Shown one piece after another: positions 9,846 through 20,921 of a stretch of 64,000 nt of DNA. Below the pieces are notes generated by a model. It was given only the letters and a program-made list of their open reading frames with translations. It ran no database searches and was not told the origin of the DNA. The number at the start of each line of letters is the position of its first letter. The first letter of the stretch is position 1. Made by a program: the position numbers and the translations under genes. This DNA is from an uncultured Nitrospinota bacterium (lineage in GTDB: Bacteria; Tectomicrobia; Entotheonellia; J063; CAVPRW01), in the NCBI GenBank assembly GCA_963707985.1, contig CAVPRW010000022.1, positions 130,752 to 194,751 of the forward strand, written 5' to 3'.

Positions 9846-11147
9846 TCACAGGGCTGGATGCTCCCCGGCGCCTGCAGCCCCCCACTCCGCGTCCGCTCGG
9901 TCATGGCGCGCCAGGGTGTCCCCTAGCACGGTCCCCACGCCCAGCGCCACGACCAGCGCGCACCCCGCCAGGTAGAGGAACCCGTACCCATAGCCCGCGT
10001 GCTCGGCGATGCCCGCGAAGATCAAGGGCGTCACCGTCGCCCCGAGCTGCGCGACAGGCCGCCAGATGGCGAAGAAGCGGCCGCGGGCGAAGGGCGGGGC
10101 CAGATCGCTCCCGAGCACCTGCATCACCCCGCCGATGGTGCCCTGCGTGGCGAGCACCAGGACATAGGTCACCATGAAGAAGGTGACCGGCAGCGAGAAG
10201 AACGCGGTCAGCGACATGAGGATGACCGCCAGCGCATAGACCGTGAACCCTGGGACAATGACCCATCGCCTGCCGAACCGGTCCATGAGGTAGCCGGTCA
10301 GGAAAGGGACCGGCAGGCCGAAGACAATGGCCACGGTATTTAACAGCCCCAGTCGCTTGGGCCCCATGTCGAAGGCGTATGCCGCGTACAGGTTGAGCGT
10401 CCCGCGCTCCTGGCCCCCCCGGCTGAGGGTGGCACAGAACTGGATGACGAAGAAGGTGAGCATCTGGAACGTGCAGATGTATGCGAGGAGCGGCTTCCAG
10501 CCCTGCTTCACGAGTACCGCCTCGGCGGCATCCGTCCGGCCCCGACGGCCCGGCGCCGTCTCCTCAATCAGCGTGTAGCTGGGGATGACGGCCGCGCACA
10601 CGAGGCCGGCCAGGCCCACGAAGGGCACCCAGAGGCCAAACGCTGCGGCTGAGAGCCCTCCCACGGAGGGCCCGAAGAGCTGCCCGGCGCGACTCACGCC
10701 CATCATCCATTGTAGTTGTCGGGCCCGCTGCCCATACTGGACCGTGTCGGTGATGATGGCCAGGCGTGCCTGCTGCCAGGTCTGGTGAGCCGCCCCTACG
10801 ACAAATCGCCAGACCAGGAGTGCCGTGAAGGACCCAGAGAACGGGGTCATCAGCGAGCCGACGGCCATGAGGAGCGGTCCCGCCAGCAGCACCGGCCGGC
10901 GCCCGATCTTGTCCATCAGGTAGCCCGTCGAGAAGGCCGCCACGAGCCCACCCACGTTCATCATGACGAACACCAGAGAGGCGGTGGCGAAGCCCACCCC
11001 GAACTGCTTGGTGAAGAGCGGAATGATCGGGGTCACCAGGCTCTCCCCCAGAGCGAGCATGGCTGCAGGCAGATAGAGGGATAATACGAGTTGCCGGGAC
11101 AGCACACCAGGAGAACGCTCTATAGCCATCAACACCCCCACACGCAC
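9846..11147 (-). CDS. MFS transporter (12 TM)
   Basis: Motif A twice: GYLMDKIGRR and GYLMDRFGRR. Confidence 0.9.
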   Translation of the reverse strand: MRVGVLMAIERSPGVLSRQLVLSLYLPAAMLALGESLVTPIIPLFTKQFGVGFATASLVFVMMNVGGLVAAFSTGYLMDKIGRRPVLLAGPLLMAVGSLMTPFSGSFTALLVWRFVVGAAHQTWQQARLAIITDTVQYGQRARQLQWMMGVSRAGQLFGPSVGGLSAAAFGLWVPFVGLAGLVCAAVIPSYTLIEETAPGRRGRTDAAEAVLVKQGWKPLLAYICTFQMLTFFVIQFCATLSRGGQERGTLNLYAAYAFDMGPKRLGLLNTVAIVFGLPVPFLTGYLMDRFGRRWVIVPGFTVYALAVILMSLTAFFSLPVTFFMVTYVLVLATQGTIGGVMQVLGSDLAPPFARGRFFAIWRPVAQLGATVTPLIFAGIAEHAGYGYGFLYLAGCALVVALGVGTVLGDTLARHDRADAEWGAAGAGEHPAL

Positions 11148-11669
11148 GCGACCCGACGTCCCATCGGGTCACACGTCTATGCCAGGCCTCATGTCGCCGT
11201 ATGCGCGATGAACCGTCATGCCGTGATCACGGGTTCCAGGGATAGGCGTGGAAACCCCATGACTCACTGGGTCGAGCCCCACTGGCCTGACGAATGTAGC
11301 TGCCCGGTATCCGTTAGCGGCCCCCTGCCTCGCGTCGTAAGTTTTTGGATACCGCTTGGGTTTTCTTGCGGAGCTCACATGCGGAACGATGTATTGCTCC
11401 TTTCTCCAGTTTAGGACTGGTAGGCTGGACTACGGATTCGTAATCTATTATCCGACATCAGGGCTCAAATGTAACGTTCTCCTGAAAAGATGTGACATTC
11501 GCCGTACAGAAGGCGAGCGCATCATCCACGCACCCACATATTTCATGGGTATCCGCTCAGAAGTCTTTCTGCCTCTGGGCCACAGAGGAGCCTCACGGTA
11601 TATTGAGGGCATCGATGGTCCATGCAGCGTTGGGACCTCGGCATCTGCATTCTGTTGAGGAGTGTTATC

Positions 11670-12194
11670 ATGACTGCGATCATTCGGTGGCTCTGCGTGC
11701 TCTGCTGGATGGGCGTGATCTTCGCGCTGTCGTCCATTCCATCGTTACGGGTTCCCTTCGCCCACTCGCATGATTTTGTGCTCAGGAAACTGGCTCATAT
11801 CGGGGAGTACGCCGTGCTGACCGCTCTCCTCTGGTGGGCTTTTCGAATATATTCGAGCAGCAAGGTCCAGTCGTGGCTCCTTGCTGCACTAGCGGCGGCT
11901 CTTTATGGTGTCTCCGACGAATGGCATCAGTCCTGGATCGCCGGGCGCTATGGCTCTTTTCGCGATATCGGCATCGATGCGCTCGGGATTGCTGCCAGTT
12001 ATGCGCTGGCTCAGCACCAGCCTTACCAACGGAGCACATTTATACGGGAATGCCCCAAATGTCACGCCATGCGCGTGTATCGGTCACGACGCCGAGGCCC
12101 CATGGAGTGGTGTGCACGTCTTCTATGGCTCGCGCCCTTCCGTTGTGACATTTGCAGCTATCGATTCTGGCGCTTTACCCTGCATGGCCGCTAA
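11670..12194 (+). CDS. VanZ family membrane protein with C-terminal Cys4 zinc ribbon
   Basis: RKLAHIGEYAVL, SDEWHQ, GRYGSFRDIGID; tail CPKC...CDIC. Confidence 0.8.
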   Translation: MTAIIRWLCVLCWMGVIFALSSIPSLRVPFAHSHDFVLRKLAHIGEYAVLTALLWWAFRIYSSSKVQSWLLAALAAALYGVSDEWHQSWIAGRYGSFRDIGIDALGIAASYALAQHQPYQRSTFIRECPKCHAMRVYRSRRRGPMEWCARLLWLAPFRCDICSYRFWRFTLHGR

Positions 12195-12455
12195 GCCTTG
12201 TGGCGATGTCCCTTCCATTCAGGGGCTAGTCAAACCATCTTCAGGATGCTTGCATACCGCAATGGTTGCAACTATATGGAGTTCCCGTTTAAGCAATTGG
12301 CCTATATGTGGCGGCCGCTACCTCGGTCTTCATGATGGTTGGGGAGAGCCGCCTATGGATTGTGGCGCATGTATACGTTACTCTGGAATATAGGCACAGG
12401 TGGGGGTACGACGCTTCACGGACGTCATCGTCCGCGACCATCGGGAGGTGAGATC

Positions 12456-12836
12456 ATGGGACCTATGGATCGCCGAATGGTGCAGGTTGCCATCTTGGCC
12501 GCCTGGATGCTCTGGCAAGAAATCTTCGTGCCGAATTCTCCTGGCCCACCGTCGTGGCATCTCGACAGCGAGTTCTCCGGGGAGAGCGGCTGTCAGGCGG
12601 GACGGAAGACTCGCCTCATTGAGGAGCTCTTGCGCGCCGACGATGATGGGACGATGATCATTAATCAGCCCACCATCCCTGAGGGTACCGTGTGGCGAGA
12701 AGCGCCCAATGGTGACCGCACCAGAATTCGCTTCTTCTGCCTGCCCGAGACGATTGATCCCCGCGAGTCTTGGTCGTTTATTCCCGCCGGCTTGTTGGGC
12801 GTTACATTCGCGTTACATTCTGGTAGCATCACTTGA
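12456..12836 (+). CDS. hypothetical exported protein; C-terminus may be altered by the adjacent ISL3 remnant
   Basis: GGAGGTG SD; AWMLW...C...CLPETIDPR. Confidence 0.55.
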   Translation: MGPMDRRMVQVAILAAWMLWQEIFVPNSPGPPSWHLDSEFSGESGCQAGRKTRLIEELLRADDDGTMIINQPTIPEGTVWREAPNGDRTRIRFFCLPETIDPRESWSFIPAGLLGVTFALHSGSIT

Positions 12837-13488
12837 GGGGCGATGCATCCCGTCTGAAGGCTTCGTGAGGGCGATCGAGGAGGAGGTGCCATGGGCTGAG
12901 GTCGTCATCGATCGGCTTCACGTGGCGCGGGCCGACCGCGACTGCGCGGACACGGTGCGCACGTAAGGAACTCAAGCGGCGCAAGCGCGCGCGGCCCACA
13001 GCTGAGTCTGCCGAGCTCAAGGGGGCGATGTGGCCGTTTCACAAGCGGCCGGCAGATCTCAAGCCGCCGGAATGGGAACTGCTCGAGCGGGCGTTCATCT
13101 GCTCGCCGAAGCGCAAGGTGGCCTACAACTTGCGGGAAGACCTGACGGCACTGTTCGAGCGGGACTACACGAAGGTGGGGGCCAAGTGCACGATTCGGGC
13201 CTGGTGCAAACGCGTGCGTGAGAGCGGGCTGGCCGAGTTCGAAAGCTTTCTTGGGACGATCGATCGGTGGATGGACGAGATCACGCACGACTTCCAAGGA
13301 CGGCAGACGAGCGGGTTTGTTGAGGGCTTCCACAACCGTGTGAAGGTGCTCAAGAGACGGTGCTACGGGATCTTCAACGTCGGAAGGCTCTTCCAACGGC
13401 TCACGCTCGACCTGCATGGCTACCAACTCTTCGGTCATACCTGACCTCACGACATCTGGTGGCCAACCACGGCAATTCCGGGAGAGCC
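12830..13488 (+). mobile_element. ISL3 family transposase remnant (3' half) with right IR
   Basis: VVIDRLHVAR, TSGFVEGFHNRVKVLKRRCYG; terminal ...GGAGAGCC; frameshift. Confidence 0.8.
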
Positions 13489-14144
13489 TCTTAATTTCTG
13501 GCATCTGCCATCTCCAGGCAGCCTATATGTCATTGTCGACAAGGGAATTGAGCGGTGGACCCCCATATATCACAAGCATTTTATTCACAGATTGGTAACT
13601 GGAAGCTGGGTAGTGTCTCACTTTGCCTCCGAACTCATTGCTATATTTGGACAAAAAATTCAATCTGAGACACTACCGGAAGCTGTGCGAGCTGGCACAC
13701 CAGGAAGACTGTAGTAGCGGGCTGGTCGCCTGTCAATGCCAATTTGTGGCGGATGCTAGCATCCATGGTGGCTTATTTCCCCAGCCAGAAAAGGGGTCCC
13801 AGATGATCAGCCCAGGGGGACCCTTGGCAATCAATTTTCTGGTGGCTGTGTGTACGTACAGACATGCCGGGTGTTGCCCCCGTATGGCTGTGGGGAGGGG
13901 TGCCCTGGCAAGCAACTCCCCAGCGGGGACACGGATGAGGCAAGAGGGCGTGAGGTAAGTGGTCCGTGATCCCGCTAAAAGTAGCTACAGCAGGAATGGA
14001 ATATCAATGGGTTAGGGTGGGACAAAATGGAGGGGCCTTTGTCCTGGCAAGGCTCCTCCCGAAAGTGGGACAACACCTCCTGGTGGCATTGTCATAACAG
14101 ACTTGTTTCAACTTGCCCCATAGGGTAGCGATTCTAGCCGCAGG

Positions 14145-14192
14145 GAGGCACGAGCGGACGCTGGCAGCCACACCTGCACGCCATGGTTAGAC
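14145..14192 (-). other. Orphan truncated attC half-site (R''-L'')
   Basis: Minus strand GTCTAAC-CATGG-CGTGCAGG followed by CAGCGTCCGCTCGTGCCTC shared with the array attCs. Confidence 0.6.
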
Positions 14193-14374
14193 CCAGACGC
14201 GCCGCACAGGCAGGACTGCCACTGCCCCCTCCCTGCACTGGGGCGGCGACAACGCCATAGGCATCGTACATGCCTCTTCCCCACACCCGCTTTGGCCCAC
14301 CCCTTCTACACAGCACAACGCTTTGGTCTGTTGCACTGCGATGTGAGACGCATCTATCGCCAGCACGACCGTCT

Positions 14375-14758
14375 TTAGCGCGTGACCTTGATTGCATCGC
14401 CGTGGCAGGTCAGCGATGACCAGCAATTCGTGATCAGACTGGTGCCGCTCGGCGCCTCGCACATCACGTTGAGCAAGCCGTTACCGTCGAGGCGTGCCGC
14501 TTTCACGCGCAATTGGTCAGTCGCATCGTTCTGCGTCGGCGAGGGCGCCCACAGCATGTTCTTGCATGAGATTGCACTGAGCGCCTGGATGATCGCATAC
14601 TCACGACCCTGGACGGCGTTCTCGGTGTATAGCGGCACCTGACTCCTGAGGTCACCAACTGTCGTGGGGTCAATCTGGATGTATTCAAAGAAAGGCCCAA
14701 AGCAGCCGGCGACGAGGAATGGCAATACCACGACCTGAAGTAACCGGATCACGATCAA
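14375..14758 (-). CDS. RcsF-like lipoprotein
   Basis: Lipobox VAGC; four further Cys; QLRVKAARLDGNGLLNVMC pattern resembles the RcsF/YbjQ fold. Confidence 0.6.
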   Translation of the reverse strand: MIVIRLLQVVVLPFLVAGCFGPFFEYIQIDPTTVGDLRSQVPLYTENAVQGREYAIIQALSAISCKNMLWAPSPTQNDATDQLRVKAARLDGNGLLNVMCEAPSGTSLITNCWSSLTCHGDAIKVTR

Positions 14759-15421
14759 CAGAAAGTCCTCTACGCCTACTCTCGGCGGCTATTGAGCCAT
14801 AGGCACCAGTCATCATGCTCGCATGGAAGCCGGCCCCTTTACTCCCATCTACTTAATAGTAAGGTTCTCACTTTGGGGTCTCACTATTGATTATCTGGAA
14901 AGCCTTCCATATAACCTCCCCTGAGCGGGTGGGGAAGATCAATCTAAACTCCCTGTAACTAAGCTTATCCCGAAATTTTTCCGTATAATAGCATGCACGA
15001 GGATTTTATGCCTCAAGCATTTTGGCGCTATGAAAGGCAAGAGCGATGTGGGTAGTGGCCACTGGTACTGCTTAGAGTGTTCTATCGGAAGGGGATCGGG
15101 AGGGTGACCAGGCCCTCCATAGAAGTGTTACCTGTGGACCTCTTTATACTTCTCTTGAACAATGGGGGTAGCCATACGGGAAGCCGAGCCGGACAAGTCC
15201 GGTGACAGGTGAGTTTGATCTAACCAGCAGCATGCAGCCGATGCGCTAAGGTCATCTTACCCACCGCCCAGCTTCTATCATACCCGCAACCTGATCATCC
15301 TGCCCCACAATCAACGCCCAATGGTAGGGGATACATTGGCCAAATCCTTGCGCGGCTGTCACATCTCGGGACGGAGGATACCCGCGCAGCATGATGGGCG
15401 CGGGGACCTATAGCCTCGGGC

Positions 15422-15855
15422 TTATGGCGGCGTGGGGGCCACCGGTCGCCATCCCCCTGGACATTGCTGCACGTAGGGGTAATACCCGCCCGGATTGTCA
15501 CAGTAATACCACGAGGCCAATGGCGGGGGCTGGGCAGGGGCCGGTGCCGAGGGTTGCACATAGACTTGGGTGGATGGCACGGTGACGACGGGCGGGTAGC
15601 CATAGGGGTAGGCATAGGACCCCCAGTATGGCCCCCAATACGGCCCCCAGTATGGCGCGATGCCGATGCCGATACCTACCATCCGCGGTGGCGGCCTCCC
15701 CACCATGGTAGCCATGACCTCTGCCATCCATGCCCCCCGCCTCCATGCCACCCGCCTCCATGCCCGCCCTGCCAGGCATACCCCACTCCCGCGCTGCCCA
15801 AGAGCAGCGCCGCCAGTATAACGATCATCCCCATCCACCGCTGCCGTGGTCCCAT
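15422..15855 (-). CDS. Secreted Gly/His/Pro/Tyr-rich protein (frameshifted in the repeat tract)
   Basis: Signal peptide, GGHGGGWHGG, (PYWG)x3, YYCDNPGGYYPYVQQCPGGW, spread over several frames. Confidence 0.65.
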
Positions 15856-16207
15856 CGTCCTCACCTTCCTGACATCACCAGGTTCGTCCCCTGTGAGACT
15901 CCGCACGTACACCCATACTGGTATATTGTACCCCTAATCTCCCCGGCATGGCCATGAGAGAGGACAGGGGGCATCGGCAGCGGATGGCCTGGGATGATAC
16001 CGTTGATACGCCCTTTGCAGATGCCCGGTGTTGACATGGGTTGCAGGAGTAGCAATAGAGGCGACAGGAGTATAGCCTACGGAAGCAGGCGGACGGACGA
16101 TAACACGCTAAGCCATGGCAAAGAAGCCCTCTCAGTTCAAGCGGTGGGGACTCCCCGCCTATTCGCTGCTCCCGGAGGTGAGGCAAGGGATGCCTCGGCA
16201 TGCGGTA

Positions 16208-16771
16208 TCAGGGAAGGCCCTCACGGCGGCTGCTTTTCCACCACGGCTGTTGCTCGGCTTCCTCCCGTAACAGCGAGAACCATTCCAGGTCCCGGTGTTC
16301 CCCCCGGAGAAACACGGCTTTTCTCGCGATCCCTTCACTGGTAAACCCACACTTCTCGGCCACGCGCTTGGAGGCGAGGTTGCCAACCACCACGGTGAGT
16401 TGCAGGCGGCGGATGGTTCTGGTCTCGAACAAATAGCGGGCCAGTAACGACAGAGCTTCGGTCATATAGCCTTTGTTCCGACTCTCCCGATCGAACAAGA
16501 TATACCCAATTTCTAAGGCATCAAAAAAGCCGTTGAATTGGTAGAACCGGATGCTCCCCACGACGGCGTCGGCTTGATCCACGATGACCAGTCGTCGATG
16601 ATTCCCGTCCCAGAAGCCGTGTTGGTGAAAGTCGTGTGTGAACACCGCCTCCGACGGGAACGCACGAGGGAAAAAGTCGCCGCGATTGTCGATGTCCGAA
16701 TCGTAGTGAAACAAGGTCTCCAGATCTTTTTCCTGGACCACCCGCAGCGTGATATGTTCGCCTCGGATCAT
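16208..16771 (-). CDS. GNAT acetyltransferase (RimJ/RimL type)
   Basis: LEIGY...RNKGYMTEAL...NLASKRVAEKCGF..EG..R. Confidence 0.88.
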   Translation of the reverse strand: MIRGEHITLRVVQEKDLETLFHYDSDIDNRGDFFPRAFPSEAVFTHDFHQHGFWDGNHRRLVIVDQADAVVGSIRFYQFNGFFDALEIGYILFDRESRNKGYMTEALSLLARYLFETRTIRRLQLTVVVGNLASKRVAEKCGFTSEGIARKAVFLRGEHRDLEWFSLLREEAEQQPWWKSSRREGLP

Positions 16772-16839
16772 GGGCAATGCTCTCTTTCCATGTGACAAGC
16801 GTCGCACGTGGCCTCACCTGGCGCGGTGGCGCGAGCCCG

Positions 16840-17256
16840 CTACCAGCCCTCCGCTAGCCACCGCGGCAGCACCGCCTTGAGGCGGGTGCGTGACGCCAGC
16901 GCCCAAGCTCCGACGATGCCCACACCATCGATCACGACATCGCGGACCGTGCCCTCACGCCCCGGCACAAACATTTGATGCCATTTATCCGAGCAGGCAT
17001 ACAGCGTGGCGATGAGCCTGGCCAGCAGCCAGGCAGGCATGGGGCGGTCCATGTGTTGCCGCAGGGCACCGTACACCAGGAGGGTTAGCACCGCATACAC
17101 GGTCACATACGCCAGTTTGCGCAGGATAAGGTCATAGATCGGCTCGAAGGGCGAGGCTAACGAGGGGGTCGCGGAGAGGGCGAAGATGACCCCCATCCAA
17201 CAGACCACCAGCAGCCACCGCACAAGGACTGCGATCCTGCCGCCAGGCTTCTCCAT
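16840..17256 (-). CDS. VanZ family protein (paralogue of 11670)
   Basis: CWMGVIFALS shared with 11670; SDKWHQ.FVPGREG.VRDV.ID. Confidence 0.8.
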   Translation of the reverse strand: MEKPGGRIAVLVRWLLVVCWMGVIFALSATPSLASPFEPIYDLILRKLAYVTVYAVLTLLVYGALRQHMDRPMPAWLLARLIATLYACSDKWHQMFVPGREGTVRDVVIDGVGIVGAWALASRTRLKAVLPRWLAEGW

Positions 17257-17565
17257 CCACCGCCGTTCGGAAGGTGGGAACGCTCCCCAGAGTACCACAA
17301 ATCCCGCCAGAATACCCCTAGGTACGGCCTCACGAGGTCTGGAGTGTTGGAATTTTCTCGCGGGGGCGACACGCGCCTCTGGCTCAGGGAGACCCTGGGG
17401 AACCTCCTCCTATCGATGGGAGATGTCAGGCTGAGACCTGCAGAGGGACCTAGGCCAACGTCACCTTCTGTGTGTGGCTGGACATGCCCCACGACGCCGC
17501 CCTGGTAGGCCGGGGCTCACAAGGGTAGGTTTTTTTAGACGCGACACTGACCCTGGGTCATTTCT

Positions 17566-17656
17566 CCCTCTCCCACCGGGAGAGGGCGGGGGTGAGGGGT
17601 CTTGTGCGATGACACCATCCAGCCCTCACCCTCACCCTCTCCCAGAGGGCGAGGGG
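17566..17656. repeat. REP-like palindromic repeat pair (CCCTCTCCC-n-GGGAGAGGG..GGGTGAGGG family)
   Basis: Two inverted copies; same unit at 31316, 38476 and 41851. Confidence 0.7.
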
Positions 17657-18067
17657 ACGAAAAACCTACCCCAGAAAGGTAGGCCGGGGGAGGGGACGCG
17701 TCCAGCTAGGTATCTGGGGATTCCATTCTGCAGTGAGCACGATGAGAGTCAACGAGCCCGTCTGGGTGTGCAGCCACAGGCGACAAGCCTCCGGTGGGCT
17801 GGGTAGCCGGCCCACCGCAGATATGCCCCATGCTATGCCCCCTATGGCCCCTGGGGACGGGTGCCCTGGCAACCCTTTTTCTCCTAGCGCACAGGTTGCG
17901 CAGTGGGCCAGCCTGCCGTCTCGTATCCATACCCGAGTAGAACTAACCTTGCGCCTTGACGCTGCCGATCAATTCTCTGCAACAGTACCGAGCAGCATGC
18001 CACGATGGTCACACCTTTAACTCACATATAAACCTCTAATTGATACATGGTCCATACTGTGTAACCA

Positions 18068-18096
18068 TTGACATGTGGTGATACCATTACTATATT
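18068..18096 (+). promoter_or_regulatory. sigma70 promoter of the integrase
   Basis: TTGACA-17 bp-TATATT in AT-rich DNA. Confidence 0.55.
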
Positions 18097-18157
18097 TATA
18101 AGTATATGTAATGGTGGATATGTGTTAAATAACATCGAGAAGAAGGAATAAGCAAGT

Positions 18158-19254
18158 ATGAGCCTCTATCAACGTGAGAAAATTGGTATTATGACTTTAT
18201 GTATCGTGGTCAGCGGTACAGAGGCTGCATCGGCCCAGTGTCAAAGACCATTGCCAAAGAAATTATGACCAAGAAGAAGGCTGAAGCGGTAGAGGGACGT
18301 TATGAGCTGCCGTCTAAGAAGCCTAGCCCCAGGCTGGATGAGTTTGTCAGAGAATACTTTGCCTACTACCAGGCCAATCGGAAGCCCCGCTCTTTACAGC
18401 GGCATCAAACGTCATACCGTGCCCTACAAGCCACGTTTGGGCACCAGCGGCTAGCAGACATCTCCCCTCTGGACATTGAGCGATACAAGCGCGAGCGGCA
18501 AGGGGCAGGGGTGAGCGGAGTCACCATTAACCGAGAGCTGGCCTTCCTCAAGAATCTCTATAGCAAGGCGGTTGAGTGGGGCAAGATGGCTGAGAACCCG
18601 GTGAAGAAAGTGCGACTCTACCGAGAGGATAATGCTAGGACACGGTTTTTACCAGAGGAAGAAGAGGCAAACCTTCTCGTCTGCTGTGGCCCGCAGCTAA
18701 GGCCCCTGGTAGTAACAGCCCTACATACCGGCTTCCGGGCTTCTGAGCTGTTATCCCTCACATGGCACGATGTAGATTTCAGACGTGGGGTGGTTACTGT
18801 GAGGGCAGGCTATGCCAAGAATGGAGAGGCCCGCAGCGTGCCGATGAACCACACCTTGACCGGGGTGCTGAAGTTTGCTACAGTGGACGCGGCTGAGGGG
18901 GAACAAGTATTCTGCAATCGCCACGGCCAGCCTTACCGCTCCTTTCGCACGGCCTTTGAGCGCGCGGTAGCGCAGGCAGGCATTGCTGACTTCACGTTCC
19001 ACGACCTCAGACACACGTTTGCGAGCAGGCTGGTGATGGCAGGGGTTGACCTTCCAACGGTGAAAGAGCTAATGGGGCATAAAGACATTACCATGACATT
19101 GCGCTATGCCCACCTGTCCAGCGATCATAAGCAGGCAGCGGTGCGGAGGCTAGAGCAGTTTCCGGCAAAAGTCCCCACAAATTTCACCACACCCCAAATT
19201 AGCCGCACTAGCAATGCCGCGCAACTAGTTGACAATTCAGGCATGGGCCGCTAG
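18158..19254 (+). CDS. Phage/island tyrosine integrase; 1-nt frameshift near the N-terminus; stop codon inside tRNA-Lys
   Basis: TGFRASEL, AKNG, FHDLRHTFAS, LMGH, RYAH; MSLYQR..NWYYDF split across frames. Confidence 0.9.
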
Positions 19255-19317
19255 CTCAACTGGCAGAGCAACGGACTCTTAATCCGTAGGTTGAAGGTTC
19301 GATTCCTTCGCGGCTCA
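19245..19317 (+). tRNA. tRNA-Lys(CTT)
   Basis: Cloverleaf folded by hand; anticodon loop CT-CTT-AA; TTCGATT T-loop. Confidence 0.95.
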
Positions 19318-19370
19318 TTGTGTTCCCACAGTGGCATCCCTCAAAGGCCATCAGCTTCGGGGTGTGTGAG

Positions 19371-19450
19371 GCGAGGGTGGCGGAATTGGCAGACGCGCCA
19401 GACTTAGGATCTGGTGGGCAACCGTGGGGGTTCGAGTCCCCCCTCTCGCA
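19371..19450 (+). tRNA. tRNA-Leu(TAG)
   Basis: Cloverleaf with extended variable arm; loop CT-TAG-GA. Confidence 0.95.
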
Positions 19451-19568
19451 TACCATCGCCATCTCGGCTAACGATACAGCGTTCGAGCCAGTGGATGTAT
19501 TTGGTATTGGGCCGCAGTGAGACTGCACGCGAGACGCACATGGCCGGTGTGAATGAAGGAGTCGGTGC

Positions 19569-20888
19569 ATGAAAGTCGATGTTCAAGAAGTGGGCGCTTG
19601 CGAGCGGCGGCTGGAGATCGAGATCCCCCCGGAGAATGTAAAAAAGGAGCTGGATCAGGCGTACCGCGAGCTCGCCAGGAAGGTGTCCATCCGCGGTTTC
19701 CGTAAAGGCAAAATCCCCCGCCCCGTGCTCGAACGCTACCACCGTACCAGCGTCGAGGATGAAGTCATGCAGAAACTGATCCCCAGCTCATTCCAGCAGG
19801 CGGTGAAGGATCAGGGACTGCGCGCAGTCGGCCAACCGAAGCTCGATGATATCAACCTCAACGAGGAGAAGGCCCTCCGTTATACGGCAACCGTTGAGGT
19901 GCTTCCCGACATCGCACTGGAGACCGCCGGCGGCTGGGAGCTCATCAAGGAAGTACGCGTAGTAACCGATGCCGACGTTGAGCGCGAGCTCCAGGACCTG
20001 CAAAACCGGCATGTCAGCCTGGTATCGATCACTGAAGATCGGCCGGTGCAGGAAGGGGACTATGTGCTCATCAGCTTCGAAGGCTTTCGCGATGGGCAAC
20101 CGGTCCAAGGTACCAAAACAGAGAACTACGCCCTCGTGGTCGGGTCGAAGTCGGTGATCGAGAGTGTTGAGCAGGGCCTCGTCGGGATGCGTAAAGGGGA
20201 AGTCCGGGAGATTCCGGTGCAGTTTCCCGAAACCTACCAGAACCGGTCGATGGCGGGGCAGGAAGTCACCTTTCATGTCGTGGTCAATGAGATCAAGGAA
20301 CGTGTCCTGCCCACGCTGAACGACGAGTTTGCCAAGGAAGCGGGCGGCGTCGACACCCTGACGGAGCTCACGCAGAAGCTGCGCAAAGACCAGGAGGAGA
20401 TCGCCGAGCGCGAGGCGCGCCGGGCGTTGCATGAGGTGATCGTCGGACGCCTGGTCGAAACCAATCCCTTCGAGTTACCTCCCGGCATGGTCGAGGCCGA
20501 AACCGCGATGCACATCGCCGACCTGCAACGGCAATTGCGCGCACAACAGGGCGATGCCACCCCGCTGCAGATCAGCGATGAGGTGCGACAACAACTCCGC
20601 GAGCAGGCCATCACCCGCATCAAACGCGAGCTCATACTCGACGAGATCGCCAAGCGCGAAGGGCTCGCGGTCGAGGACGCCGACGTGGAAGCCCACCTGA
20701 CGCGTTTGGCGGAACGGACGGAGCAGCGGCTGGAGTATATTCGGCGTCAGATGGAACAGTCGGGGGCACTCGACTCGATCCGCCACAATATCTTGGCGGA
20801 CAAGGTGCTGGATTTCGTGGCGGCCCGGTGTACCGTCACCGAGGTGAGCAAACCGGCAGAGCCTGAGCCGTCCACTACACAAGCCTGA
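19569..20888 (+). CDS. tig: Trigger factor
   Basis: GFRKGKIP signature, FKBP domain; upstream of clpP. Confidence 0.96.
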   Translation: MKVDVQEVGACERRLEIEIPPENVKKELDQAYRELARKVSIRGFRKGKIPRPVLERYHRTSVEDEVMQKLIPSSFQQAVKDQGLRAVGQPKLDDINLNEEKALRYTATVEVLPDIALETAGGWELIKEVRVVTDADVERELQDLQNRHVSLVSITEDRPVQEGDYVLISFEGFRDGQPVQGTKTENYALVVGSKSVIESVEQGLVGMRKGEVREIPVQFPETYQNRSMAGQEVTFHVVVNEIKERVLPTLNDEFAKEAGGVDTLTELTQKLRKDQEEIAEREARRALHEVIVGRLVETNPFELPPGMVEAETAMHIADLQRQLRAQQGDATPLQISDEVRQQLREQAITRIKRELILDEIAKREGLAVEDADVEAHLTRLAERTEQRLEYIRRQMEQSGALDSIRHNILADKVLDFVAARCTVTEVSKPAEPEPSTTQA

Positions 20889-20921
20889 CCGGCACATCTG
20901 CCGGTAGGTAAAGGAGACAAT

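Noticed and set aside
12182..12195. GCATGGCCGCTAAG as the second att site of the tRNA-Lys island
   Set aside because: The match to 19241-19254 is short and gapped; compatible with chance.
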